A stretch of 64,000 bases of DNA, from the NCBI RefSeq assembly GCF_001194135.2, contig NC_068982.1, forward strand, positions 5,092,631 through 5,156,630, in the 5' to 3' direction. This DNA comes from Octopus bimaculoides. Taxonomy: Eukaryota. The translations under genes and the position numbers were made by a program. This document shows, piece by piece, positions 25,465 to 37,699 of the stretch; the stretch's first letter is position 1; each line of letters opens with the position of its first letter. The notes below the pieces were generated by a model. It was not told where the DNA came from, did no database searches, and was given only the letters and a program-made list of their open reading frames with translations.

Positions 25465-25625
25465 GACAGGCTTCTTTCAGTTTCCATCTACCAAATACAC
25501 TCACAAAGCTTTGGTCGGTCCGAGGCTATAGTAGAAGACACTTGCCCAAGGTGCCATGCAGTGGGACTGAACCTAGAGCTATGTGGTTGGTAAGCAAGCT
25601 ACTTACCACACAGCCACTCCTGTGC
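25155..25625 (-). mobile_element. Near full-length SINE-C
   Basis: Tail (ttttacttgtttcagtcatttgactg...), internal (CA)n(TA)n, CORE-like segment and head (accacacagccactcc) in family order. Confidence 0.9.
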
Positions 25626-26754
25626 CTCTTATTATTATTATTTTTATTATTATTATTTATTTATTATTGATTTCTTTTTATTATGGAATGCAATATATTT
25701 ATAGGGAGCCATCTTTAAGAAGTTTAGACACAGACAAAATAGATGGCAAAATTTTCTCCTCTCTCTCCCACTCTTTGTCCTTCTTTCTTTGTGATTTTTA
25801 ACACCAAATAGTAAACAAAAAAAATTATAAACTTGCTCACAGTTATGTGTATATGCATATTTCATGACGAAGAGAAAGAGTTACAGACTTACCAACATAC
25901 ACACATCTGTAATTTTTGCAAAATTTCTTTCAAACAGGAAGAAAACTTGTACGAAATATGATTTACTAAATACGATGTATTTGTTATTATGAATTGTCCT
26001 TTTAATTCATTTTTAATCATAGACACATAATTATATGCTGAAAAAGGCTTCTGTCACAGGTTGGAGTAACAACAAATGAGAATATATTTGTGCAAAGTTG
26101 AGGGAGTCTCAAAATTTAGTTTGGTCTGGTGAACAGAACTAAGTTACCAAAGATTACCAGTAATGTTCCAAGATGTAAGCATCATCTGCAGAGCTTTGTG
26201 AAGAAAAATCTAATCTGTGAATAATTATGAGAAAAGTAACAGGTGATCTATTATATTTGTTTTAATAAAATTCAATATGAACTTCTGATTAAGAGGTTAT
26301 TTAAGTTTTGTAATAAAACATAAGAGAAAATATTTTTATTTAATATTTTTTTAATTTTCATATTTTTATTCTTTTTCAAAATGGATAGTCCAGAAACATT
26401 CCTATCCAGGATTGTTGTAATCTTTTCTTTATTGAAGTTAAGTTAGTGTTAATATGTTTAATGTAGAGAGTGCTGATATGCTAACTTCAGCAAGTAAAGA
26501 CAAGTATTAGTCAGTGACCACTATTATTTTGATCATTTTGACAAGGAAATGACTGTAGACATGTTTCTGCCTCAATAAGACCTCATCAATGACACAGACA
26601 TCACATTACTTGCTCAAGAAGTGATGAGAGATTCACTGAGTAGACCTAAGTAATTGAAAACTGATTGACATAGACAAACAAAGCAGTTTAGAAGTCTGTT
26701 TCACTGATGAGGTTGAAATAAAATGAAAACATGTCTAGAGTTATAATTATTATT

Positions 26755-26936
26755 ATCATTATTATTATTCAGGTTACTGCCTGGAATTGAACTCAGAATC
26801 TTGGGGTTAGTAGCTCGTACTCTTAACCATTACGCCCACAGGCATATGGTGTAGTGGTTAAGAGTGCAGGCTACTAACCCCCAAGATTCCGAATTTGATT
26901 CCAGGCAGTGACCTAAATAATAATAATAATAATAAT
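26755..26936. mobile_element. Head-to-head inverted pair of SINE-H tRNA-like heads with outward (TAA)n
   Basis: ttattattcaggttactgcctggaattgaactc...ttaaccattacgcc | ggcatatggtgtagtggttaagag...ccaggcagtgacctaaataataat; the two arms are reverse complements. Confidence 0.8.
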
Positions 26937-27344
26937 GTCTGAAGTTGTCTCCTGTATTTGCCAAAATAATAAAAAGAATATTAGTTAATACTGATAAATA
27001 GTGTTTTTTGCCTTACCACATATATCTAGTTAGAGGCTTAATATACCTTCAATTAAGTATATCTTAACATTAATTTAACTATTGTTTATTTGATTAAAAA
27101 TTGATTACTTAAAATCACATTTGATCTGTCAAACCCAAAAACAGTCACAACTGAGAAAATCTAGCAACATAAATGTTTCTAAACAAAATTTTGACATTTA
27201 GGATTTTTTTTTCTTTTACATGAATAATTTATGTGAATAATTTATGCGAATAATTTATGCGAATGATTAACTACAAAACATTGTAGTATAAATTTGTTCA
27301 AATTTTGCTCAGGATTTGAGTATGGGATAACTACATGAAAGATT

Positions 27345-28070
27345 ATTGTTGTTTAGCCCATGGTAAGCCATAGTTGAGCAGACCTATGATTAAAACCACT
27401 CTAGCCACCATGACCATCCCTTCTCTTATGCCATAGTTTACCTCAGACTACATTATCCAATATGTCCGTCTATTTTAAAAGTTTTAGAGAGCTATTTTGA
27501 GAGATTTAGTTGCTATAAGTTAGCATGTTGAACAGTTATGCTGAAGCTAAGTCAACAAGGTGCCTTTATGTGGTTATTCAACCTGCAAGAGTTAACATCC
27601 AAATTTCCCAGCTGTCTTGAAGTAGGAAAGATGCTTTAGATCAGTGCTACTCAAAGCGGTGGTCCATGGACCGGTGCCGGTCTGTGAGCCATCAGCTGCC
27701 GGTACATAGTGAGTTTTCAGAAAAGAAAGAAATTATAAAATGCTTATAAATTGCTTTTGTTTACAAAATAAATATAAGATAAAAAAAAATTGTCAACTTT
27801 TATTATATTCATTATATATATTGTTTCCGGTATCAATCAATATTACTAAGAAAAATTACCAGTCCTTGGCACATTGGAGGAAAAAAAACTGCCGGTATGC
27901 CATATTGGATAGTTTGAGAATCACTGCTTTAGAAAATGTAGTCCTAGATACATTATGTGTTAAACGAAGGTAGAGTAGTCACAGCTGGTATGTCTTTGCT
28001 TATAAGCTTGCTAACTCAGAGCTGATCTGACTTTGTGACAGAGGTGATCTGCTGTGGTGAAAGAACAACC
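27345..28070. mobile_element. Old fold-back element whose right arm is interrupted by a hAT MITE
   Basis: Left arm ...ctacattatccaa...gagagatttagttgcta; right arm ...catccaaatttccc...[insert]...aatgtagtcctagatac; degenerate reverse-complement similarity. Confidence 0.5.
27642..27926. mobile_element. hAT (Charlie-like) MITE
   Basis: TIRs cagtgctactcaaa / tttgagaatcactg; 8-bp TSD ctttagat (27634-27641) / ctttagaa (27927-27934). Confidence 0.85.
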
Positions 28071-29869
28071 ACCTACACTGTTATTGTTTTAATTTAGTTG
28101 ATAATATAATTGGCTGAAATTTCTGCTACTGCAGTTTTCTGATTTTTAATTTCCGGCAGTGCAAGATTTATAATTTTAACAGGTTTTGGCATATCAGATT
28201 TAAAATAATTACTATAATGCTGCAGCGTGTGAACTAAAAGCATTGCTAGCCATCTCTAAAATAGAAGAGACAAAATTTGATTAAACGGATGTAAGGATAA
28301 AATTTAATACAATGGATTTCCAAAGTTCTTGAGAGTGACAAGTACTTTCAAATATATAACACTCTTTGCAAAAAAAACCATCAATAGAATTGGCTTCAGA
28401 GACACACATTTCCAAAGTTAAATCTAGATCAAAGATTAAAGACAAAAAATAAGCTGACGCATTTGAGCTACAAAATTTTTTTCCATAAATAAGTAAACAC
28501 AATAATATAAATCCAAAGATCCAAGATGGGAAGGCAGAGCTTGTGATGTGAGCAACAGGATGCAGTGGGGGTTACAAAAGTGGGTTTGTACATTCTGAAA
28601 GAAATTGTAGCAAGACCATTTTCTATCAGGGGACATAGAATACTTTGAACTGATAGAGGCTCAAAGCATTAATCTGTATTGATTGGTTGTCTTACCTATC
28701 ATGTGAGTTTTGAACATTGGTCTAATCCTGTGCTTTGATTGGTTGAGTATTATGTGGGATATGGATCAGAGATCCAATCAGGTTGCGTGTAATCCATTCT
28801 CAAACAGCTAATCTGAATTTGTGCTGCAATCTACCCTCCTTCTATAAATAGCTGTAACAAATCATCTACGAAAAGAGGGGTGAGTAATTTTCATGAAGGT
28901 GAGTCATGTTATTTTCCTGCCATTATTCACCAGAACAAAATTAATATAACAGAGCACATGTAACCAATGACAACCAGAGCTGATTTATGCAAACAATGGA
29001 TGAACTATACAAGAACCAGAACTTGTGATGTTTTATTTGGTCCACTGTACTATTTAACGGAGGAATAAAGTCTCGCTGTTATTTTTAAAGTTCATTTCTT
29101 GCATTATTTCCTTGAGTGAACACACATGTATAGAAGAATGGTATGCAAGATTCTGTAGTAAACCAAGGGAGATTTTAGACCACTCTGCTAAAAATAAATG
29201 TAAGTAAATTTCCACCAAGATACAGTAACAGGGAAATAGGATCAGCTAATTGTTTAATACATCTGGATTACAAAGATGGATAATTAAGGAACAATTAAGA
29301 TATTGATTGCGTTAATCCAGATATTGTATTGAATCCAGAATCACTAATTCAAACCTAATTCCATGTAATGGTAACATTGTGATTCTATACACTCTTTCTT
29401 ATTAAAATGGTATGTACCAGTAATCCTGGAACCTATTTTCTAAACTGGCTTCATTAAAGTAATCAACCTAGAATTAAGTATTCTACATATAGACCAATAA
29501 AACACTTGTAGTGGAATTGTATTCCTGGCTAACCAGTCATTTATCCAACACTTTATCAACAAAACTATTTATATAAATTATTAATTTGAATAATAACAAC
29601 AGACACATTTCCTAAATTTCAAAGAACCTTGAAGATAGTTACTTTAAAAAATATGCTTAGCTCCAATTTCATGGCATGAAACCAATGAGCGTGATAAATC
29701 TCATCCTGGACAGGGACACCAGTTTATCACCCATAAACAATCCCAGATTATTTCATAATTCTTAATAGCAATTAGGTAAAAAAAATGTGGTGGTAGGTAA
29801 CATAAAGTTTCTGTTTTGCCAGAAACATAACACAATGCTTGTAATGGATTTGAAATCATCGCATCTTTT

Positions 29870-30290
29870 ATCGTTTACTCGTTTCAGTCATTAGAGTGTG
29901 GCCATGCTGGGGCACAGCTTTGAAGAATTTTAGTTGACCCAAATCGACCCCAGTATTTATTCTTTTTTTTTTTGTTCAAGCCCAGTACTTATTTTATTGG
30001 TCTCTTTTCCCAAACTGCTAAGTTACAGGGACGTAAACACACCAACACCAGTTGTCAAGCAGTGGTGGGGGAGAAACACAGACATAAAGACACACACATA
30101 GATAGACATGTGTGTGTGTGTGTGACGGGATTCTTTCAGTTTCCATCCACCAAATCCACTCACAAGTCCTTGATCAGCCAGAGGCTATAGTTGGAAATAT
30201 TTGCCCAGGGCGCCATGCAGAAGGATTGAACCAGAAACCATGTGGTTGGGAAACAAACTTCTTACTACATAGTTATGGCTGTGCCTGTAA
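29870..30290 (-). mobile_element. Near full-length SINE-C
   Basis: Tail, microsatellite linker, CORE-like segment and head in order. Confidence 0.85.
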
Positions 30291-32393
30291 AAATTTTACT
30301 AAGAACTCCCTTCGATAGGATTGATCCCCTGTCTAGAATGTTTATATGTGGCTGTGCCCACAAGACCACCGAGACCACCAAGACAACATGTGACAATTTT
30401 TAAAAAGACTTCTAAAATAAACCAGAATAATTCAATCCAAATAAAAAAAAAAGGTGAAATTTAGAGAATTTTACCAGCCAAAAAATGAGTGAAACGATTT
30501 AATGATATTTGTGACATACTGAAGGAAGGAGACTAACCATGGGTATCCCCAGAGTTATATGAGAGAAAGGGACAGAACCTTCAGAATGCTTTCAAAATAT
30601 ATTTTGAAAATTTCTCATTAAAATTTCAAAGAAAACAAAATTTCTGATTTAAATGTTTTATATGCAAGATAATGAATATACATCATTATGTTTAATTACT
30701 CTAAATTTCAAATGTGTTTATATAATTATTTTAGTTTTTTATTTCAGAAATCGACTTTCAAGTTGGTTCTTTTTCCTTGATACTCTAATGTAATAAGAAA
30801 ATAGAATATTCACAACATATAATCAAATATTTCAAACACGAAAAAAATGTTAGCTATCACAGATGCTAATTTTCATACAGGAGATTTCATTAAAAAAATT
30901 ACTACATAAAAAAAAAAAAAAATGTGTATATAAAAAAAAAATAGAGGAAATAATCACATGGTGATGAACAAGAAATAAAAATCAGATTCTAATCATTTTG
31001 GAATTATTCTAGAAAATGTAAATATTCACACAATATCAATATCTGTGTGCAAAACACTAATCTTGTGTCTGCAGCCATAAAAACCTAAGAGTAAAATTTC
31101 AATATATGGAGCCTGGCTATATTTAATTTTTAAATCAATTTACCAATAGTGCTTCACCTTATTAGTGTTTAGGCTTCATAAAACACAACAGATAGAAGCA
31201 TATGGTACAATATTATGTTACATAATGAGGTAAGAGAGTTTATATGATGTCTAGAAGGGAGTCATTGATCCCAAACTACAAAAAGCAGTTCATTGATTTA
31301 TTCATATATCATTCCAAAATGACTGGTGATATTGATTTCTTTCAACGGAGTCTAAAGAACTGATTTATACAATAAGGAAAAATTGTATGATATAATGACA
31401 CATATGCATTTTCCTAAAAACATTACCAACACAAGTAAAACGAAATCTCTTCTGTCGAGAATTAAAAGAAGATTGTAAATAAAAATTGCAGGGAGATTAA
31501 TTTTTCTTCATCAGCCTTTACTACGCACACATACTTAACCAAAGAGCCTTTAGGAGAAGAGGGAAAAAATTCTGCCAAGTTCTTGTTTTTCTCAAGGATA
31601 TAAGTGGTGTAAATGAATTTGCTCTGCTCTGACCTCACCACCTACTTACCATCTTGGAGTATTATTAGCTTCCTCTTTCGAGCCACAAGGTTTAAGGATG
31701 AAAATAATTGTAAGAGAGATATTGCTGATACGTCATCAAACCCAGATGGATGAAAAGCAAATGCAATGGCAACAGTCTTTGAAATCCCTCACAGGAATGA
31801 AAATCAATAGTGTAAGATATTCAGCTTGGTGCCTTACCATTTTTACAAAATCAACAACCTAACAAATTAATAATGTATTTAGTAATAAACTCCAAATGAG
31901 CCAAGTTCGCAACCCAGTTTAAATTCATAATTAAAATACCCTTGATAATGATTCAAATGTCAAAGTTTTCTCTTTTCCTGAAATTCCAAAATCTTGTGAC
32001 TATATAAGAAAATCAATATTAATAAAATCATTCCAAAAATAAGTTATCAGATTCTGTTCAAATATAGCATCAAAATTTTCCTCAGCAAAGAACTAACTCT
32101 CTTTAAAATGGAAGCTACATGCTTTAAGTTCTAAATCTTATCTCCACATGTCTTTTGAGAAAGTTACCTTATGTTTAGTGAAGCAAAGCTAACTGGAGAT
32201 ATTCAACAGCTACAACAGCATTTACAAGGTCACAATCCTTGAATATCATTTAATAATTTTTCGTACTTAGGCAAGGAAGTGGAACGAGTTTGCTTTTTTC
32301 ACAAATTTTGGAAATTTGAATATGGTTGGAGACTAGTTTCTTACTTCTAAATGCTTTTGTGGAATGCTAACCTTTCAGCAGTGAGATGGTTAG

Positions 32394-32675
32394 ATGATGA
32401 CAGGTTAGCATGGAACGTTAAGCAGTTGTGGTCGATGAAAAAGGTGGTAGTAGTACCAATAATTGTCTGAGCCCTAGGAACAGTAAGTAAAAATCTTGAG
32501 AAGTACATGGAATGAATAGGGGCTGCGATAAGGGTGGAGCACTTGCAGAAAACAGCAATGCTTGGAACCGCTTGAATACTCCGGAAGGTGCTCGAAAAAT
32601 AAGGGGTGTTACTTTAGTTCACTGGTAATGAACAGCTGACACCATAGAACAGCTCCAACTTTAGAAGCTGTGCAA
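32394..32675 (+). mobile_element. R4/Dong-clade non-LTR retrotransposon, 3' fragment with stop codons
   Basis: Translates LAWNVKQLWSMKKVVVVPIIV*ALGTVSKNLEKYME*IGAAIRVEHLQKTAMLGTA*ILRKVLEK*; homologous to 50680-50942. Confidence 0.85.
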
Positions 32676-32677
32676 AC

Positions 32678-32712
<35 letters not shown>

Positions 32713-33722
32713 AATGAGGATTTTTTCTTTTCTTTATTTTTAAGGCAGACAAACTGAAATCATCGCTGGCTGTGGTAAGACCAATGTACCAGCTATGTGA
32801 TCAGTCATCCAGTAGTTTAACCTCACTGACATTGTACCAATGCATTTTAGATACAATTAAAATCTTTTTTATAGAGTGCAACATTTACATTGTAAATGTG
32901 TGGTAAAAATCAAAATACTTTGATACTGTGGGGGCTGAGATCCCCGTTGACAGGCCCCTGATATTTAAATCAAAGCAGTGACACTTACAGTCTGCAAAAT
33001 TAGTTGCCCCAGTTTCCTGCAGCAACTGAAATTGTTGAGTATATAAACAGATTGGCTGCTTGTTTCTCTGGGGTTGGTCAAATTGATATAAGGGCCACTG
33101 ATGAGAGTCCAATAATATTCAAAAATTGAATAAGGCTTTTCATCATCTTTTCAGTCTATGGAGAAATAGCTGAATTAGCCCTGTTTATAAATGTGCTATA
33201 CAGGTTACATATACATTTATACATAATACTACGTGATCATGTGATCATGGGATGTAAGCATGGCTGTGTGCTTAAGAATTTCACTTATGCTACCAGGTTT
33301 GTTACCACTGCATGGCTTTTGGGGCAAACCTCTTCTATTATAGCCTTGGATGGATTACTGTCTTGTAAACATTGCTGAGGCAGAATTTTCTATGGCTGGA
33401 TGCCAACTCTCACTAGTTTCCAAGCGTTATAACAATTCCCTCTGTCTATCAATCAACAAACAACCTGGACATGTTTTTATGGAAGACTGCCAACAAATGA
33501 CATTGTGTCTGTCAATGGTGAGGCTTTCGTTTACAATCAGCATGTACATTGGGAATTTGTACTCAGTCTCATTCGCACACACATATATATACAAATGCAA
33601 TGGACTTCTCCACATTTTGTCTATTAAATTTCACTTAAAATATATTGGTTGTCATTCACAATGTACTGCAACTAGAGTAGAGGAGACGAGCAAACTTCTA
33701 AAACCATGCTGTCATATCTGCA

Positions 33723-33790
<68 letters not shown>

Positions 33791-33951
33791 CGGAGCAAAT
33801 ATTTCATAAGAAAAAAAATGACTTGCGAAGATATCATTAACTCTGTTATTATCTAGTGTAACAATTTTAAAATGATAATAACAGAATAAAAAATATAGGC
33901 GATTGCGGGTCCCCCGACCCCAAAAAAAAAGGCATTAGATAGCTGAAGGAT

Positions 33952-34337
33952 TAAAATTAATCAAAGGACATACTAAGTCTGTCTGCCTATTGTTTTTCTC
34001 ATGAAATATTTGCTCTGTACTGAAATTATTTTCGCACTGGTGGCTGCCAGGATTCAGTGCAAAACGAAACAGTTGCAGCGCAGACTTCATCACTACAGTT
34101 TGGGGCTTTCCATCATGGTAACACGTGCTGAGGGAGGTGAGGCTATTATGCCAGTCCAGAAACCAGTCCACGTGAGTCCAAATACTTGAATGTATGCTGA
34201 GAGATTGTCTGAACCCATTTGCCTTCAGACGGTTGATTTCAGTAGTAATTATCAGTATATTTTGGCAATTTAAATAAGAGTTTTGACTGCCATTTCCAGT
34301 AGGTAGACATACTTAGTATGTCCTTTGATTAATTTTA
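33952..34337. mobile_element. Element bounded by 41-bp inverted repeats (MITE-like), unclassified
   Basis: 33952-33992 taaaattaatcaaaggacatactaagtctgtctgcctattg vs the reverse complement of 34297-34337: 3 mismatches in 41. Confidence 0.65.
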
Positions 34338-34340
34338 TAT

Positions 34341-34622
34341 AAGAAGGAGAAGAAGAAGAAGAAGGAGAAGAAGAAGGAGAAGAAGAAGAAGAAGAAGGAG
34401 AAGAAGGAGAAGAAGAAGGAGAAGAAGAAGAAGGAGAAGAAGAAGAAGGAGAAGAAGAAGAAGGAGAAGAAGAAGAAGGAGAAGAAGAAGGAGGAGAAGA
34501 AGAAGGAGAAGAAGAAGGAGAAGAAGAAGGAGAAGAAGGAGAAGAAGAAGGAGAAGAAGAAGGAGAAGAAGGAGAAGAAGAAGAAGAAGAAGAAGAAGAA
34601 GGAGAAGAAGAAGAAGAAGAAG
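34341..34622. repeat. Pure-purine (GAA/GGA)n compound microsatellite running into a gap
   Basis: About 280 bp with only A and G on the + strand; (GAT/GAC/GGT)n follows the gap at 34891-34990. Confidence 0.95.
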
Positions 34623-34943
34623 NNNNNNNNNNNNNNNNNNNNNNNNNNNNNNNNNNNNNNNNNNNNNNNNNNNNNNNNNNNNNNNNNNNNNNNNNNNNNN
34701 NNNNNNNNNNNNNNNNNNNNNNNNNNNNNNNNNNNNNNNNNNNNNNNNNNNNNNNNNNNNNNNNNNNNNNNNNNNNNNNNNNNNNNNNNNNNNNNNNNNN
34801 NNNNNNNNNNNNNNNNNNNNNNNNNNNNNNNNNNNNNNNNNNNNNNNNNNNNNNNNNNNNNNNNNNNNNNNNNNNNNNNNNNNNNNNNNNGTGGTGATGA
34901 CGGCGGTGATGGTGATGGCGGTGATGGTGATGATGGTGATGGT

Positions 34944-34984
<41 letters not shown>

Positions 34985-35593
34985 TGATGATTTGTGCAAG
35001 TCTGAGAACACAGTGGTTTAATCCAATTACAAGCTCTAACTGGACTTGATAAATATAGACTATATACAATATAGAAAGATTTTTTTTATTTTTCTGGATA
35101 AACTGTTATCACAAGGGAGAAGGAAATTCATTTTCATATTTTGTTTTGTCTTTTATTTTTTTCGTAGGGTTTTTCTAATGTTGAAAATCCTTGTATCATC
35201 GCTTTACAGTTGACAATAATCAGCAAACAAAAGATTATGTGAGCAAACGTGATGAGTTAAGTACAGAGTAGAATGCAAATCAGAGTGATTATCAAAGTAA
35301 GCAAGCCAGGATTAGAAGAACAAGTGATAGCAAATAGGATTATTTACAACTCAATGACTATTTAAATGCTACAATCACATGTGACACAGAATAGTACAGA
35401 AACTATGAAGCAACTGTGTTGTCTTACTTTTTACTGAACTTGCAGATATACAGGAAATATGTTTCTTCATATTTGCAAGTGTTACAGAAGAGCTAATGAG
35501 TGAACCTTCATGCAGGCACTTGAACTGCTAGAAATAGCAGGTCAAGTACTTGCATGTGATTTGAGGGAGAGTTGAGCTGAATTTAAGTACCTG

Positions 35594-35821
35594 AATCTTT
35601 TGGCGTTCAGATTACTCTTTCAAATATAAGTTCCGTTCACAATGTTTTGAATTAATTGTACATTATCTCATAGCTTCAAGATTTCAATGATGTAATTCTT
35701 TTTTTTTTTTCTTAGAATGACATTGTAAGGTAAGTGTGAGAGGCTGGATCTGGCCTGTTATAACATAAAACAAGTACAATATTTGGACCTGATGTGGCCA
35801 GTTTGAATCCTAAAAGATTAA
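35594..35821. mobile_element. piggyBac-type MITE, second family
   Basis: Homologous to 57179-57579 (cagattactct...gaattaat...gaatgac...gtgtgagaggc.ggatct...aacataaaaca...aaaagattaa) and ends in TTAA. Confidence 0.6.
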
Positions 35822-35909
35822 AAGCAGACATAGGACACACAGGACAAAGATACTCCCTGACACCTAATTTCTTTTAATCAAAGTGCAAGAACACCTTCTG
35901 TGGATTAAG

Positions 35910-36120
35910 GATATATTTGTTTCAAATTTTGGCACAAGGCCAGCAATTTCAGAGAAAGGGGTGGGTCTGTTACATTGACTCCTGTGCTCAACTGGTACTG
36001 TATGAGCTCTGAAAGGATGAAAGGTAAAGTCAACCTTGGCAAAATTTAAACTCAACGTACAGACAGACAAAATGCTGCTAAGCAATTTGCCTGGATTGCT
36101 AATGAGTCTACCAACTCAGT
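35910..36120 (-). mobile_element. SINE-M
   Basis: ggcacaaggccagcaatttc...ggatgaaaggtaaagtcaacc. Confidence 0.8.
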
Positions 36121-36362
36121 TCTGTTTAAATTGACACTGGTATGTTTTTTATTGTCCTAAAACAAATGACAAGCAAAGTTAATCTTGGCAAGGTTTAAAC
36201 TTGAGACTGAGAAAGATGAATCTAAAGGCTGCAATATATTTAGTTGGGTACTGCATTATCTTTGTCATCTTTACTTCCTGATATACTCACCATATTAGGG
36301 TACACCCACTGTTCTTTTAACTAGTCTGTTGCATAAAGTTTAAAATCTTTTTTTTTTTTGGT

Positions 36363-36806
36363 AGTAAAGATTGTTTGCCAACATAACATGGCAGTCCTGG
36401 TTTAGGATGAATGTTGCTGTAATTTAACCCCAGGAGACATCGTCTCCAGCTAGCTATACAGCATGATCTATGTCCTTATATTTTCTAACAAGGGAATCTA
36501 GCACCCACACTCAGCTCAAAACAATATCTGTGTATCGCGATTTCTTGGTTATATATAGTTTTCAGCTATATATCTTGAACGAGAATTTGGCAATTATTCT
36601 GTGCTGATGAAGAGAAATAACCCAGAAATCGCGATACACAGATATTGCTTTGAGCTGATTGGGGGTGCTAGATTCCCTTGTTCGAAAATATAAGGACACA
36701 AATCGTGTCGTATAGCCAGCTGGAGACGATATCTCTTGGGGCTAAATTACAGCAACATTTGTCCTAAACCACGACCACCATGGCATGTTGGCAAACAATC
36801 TTTACT
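36363..36806. mobile_element. Long fold-back (palindromic) element, ~190-bp arms and ~65-bp spacer
   Basis: agtaaagattgtttgccaacat ... atgttggcaaacaatctttact; inner arms aatatctgtgtatcgcgatttct / agaaatcgcgatacacagatatt. A one-armed relative lies at about 10160-10260. Confidence 0.85.
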
Positions 36807-37699
36807 CCAAAGTACTGTTGCTGAATATTTCATGCTGTTCTTTTTTTATTTTTTTTTGTATATCAACATAACCTCTATCCTTTTTTCAGAGAACAAAATA
36901 ACTGCTGTATGCTTTACTTTGAAAGAAAGAACAGAGAGCTCTAAAAATAAAATCAAAGCTTTATCTCTGTTCATACAATTTTATCAAATGTCTTTTCTTC
37001 AAATCAGAGCATTTGCTTCACCTAAACTCATATTACATCCTGACTGCATAATTCAAGTCAGCTCTGATATCTCTCTAATTTGGAAGCTGTCAATCATTAA
37101 TATTTCACAATCATTACCACACCTCCACCCTAGCATTCATCAGTATCTTTAACTGCTACTTCAACATCTTATGCCCTAACCCTAACCCTTGCTGTGTTTC
37201 TCCCCCAACCTTCCTAAAGCTACATAATGCCATTATCACTATGAGGTCACTCATTTTCTAAGAAACAGCAACTTATCTTGCTAAAATCATACCAGGAAGG
37301 ACATAGGTGTCTCCAGGATACTCCTGGGATGTTATACCTTAAACAAAGACAAGATGCTCATAGATAGTCTATTTCCTGTCAGAGATCTGATGACTCATGG
37401 TTGACCAGAGGTAATGCAAAGAGAATGACTATTCTTATATGCCTCACAATTCAAATTTTGTTTTAAAACCATTGTCCGATCCCCTCTTTCAAGATTTATA
37501 AGCCTGGAATTCTTCGTCTCATTGCCTTTTATCTACTAAAACTGAATGTCAACTGAATATCATATATACTTACCTCATCCAATTATATCAATGCATAGTG
37601 AAAGAAAGCCTAAAAACACTATCAGCACATTGTCTTCTCCACTGTAGTAGTAGTAGTAGTAGTAGTAATAGTTTCTAACAGAAGAATGCTTAACCACAA

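Noticed and set aside
30590-30609. 20-bp perfect palindrome tttcaaaatatattttgaaa
   Set aside because: Expected by chance in 64 kb of very AT-rich DNA.
31650-31793. Minus-strand open frame ending at a strong GTAAGT donor (…AFAFHPSG…)
   Set aside because: The acceptor would be a rare GAG, and the core resembles a decayed SINE-M motif (tttgcttttcatcc).
33097-33135. CTGATGAGAGTCC resembling a hammerhead core
   Set aside because: No complementary GGAC and no GAAA follow, so stem II cannot close.
36603-36620. CTGATGAAGAGAAA in the spacer of the fold-back element
   Set aside because: Too little sequence between CUGAUGA and GAAA to form stem II.
37174-37189. ccctaaccctaaccct telomere-like repeat
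   Set aside because: Fewer than three units; too short to call interstitial telomeric sequence.
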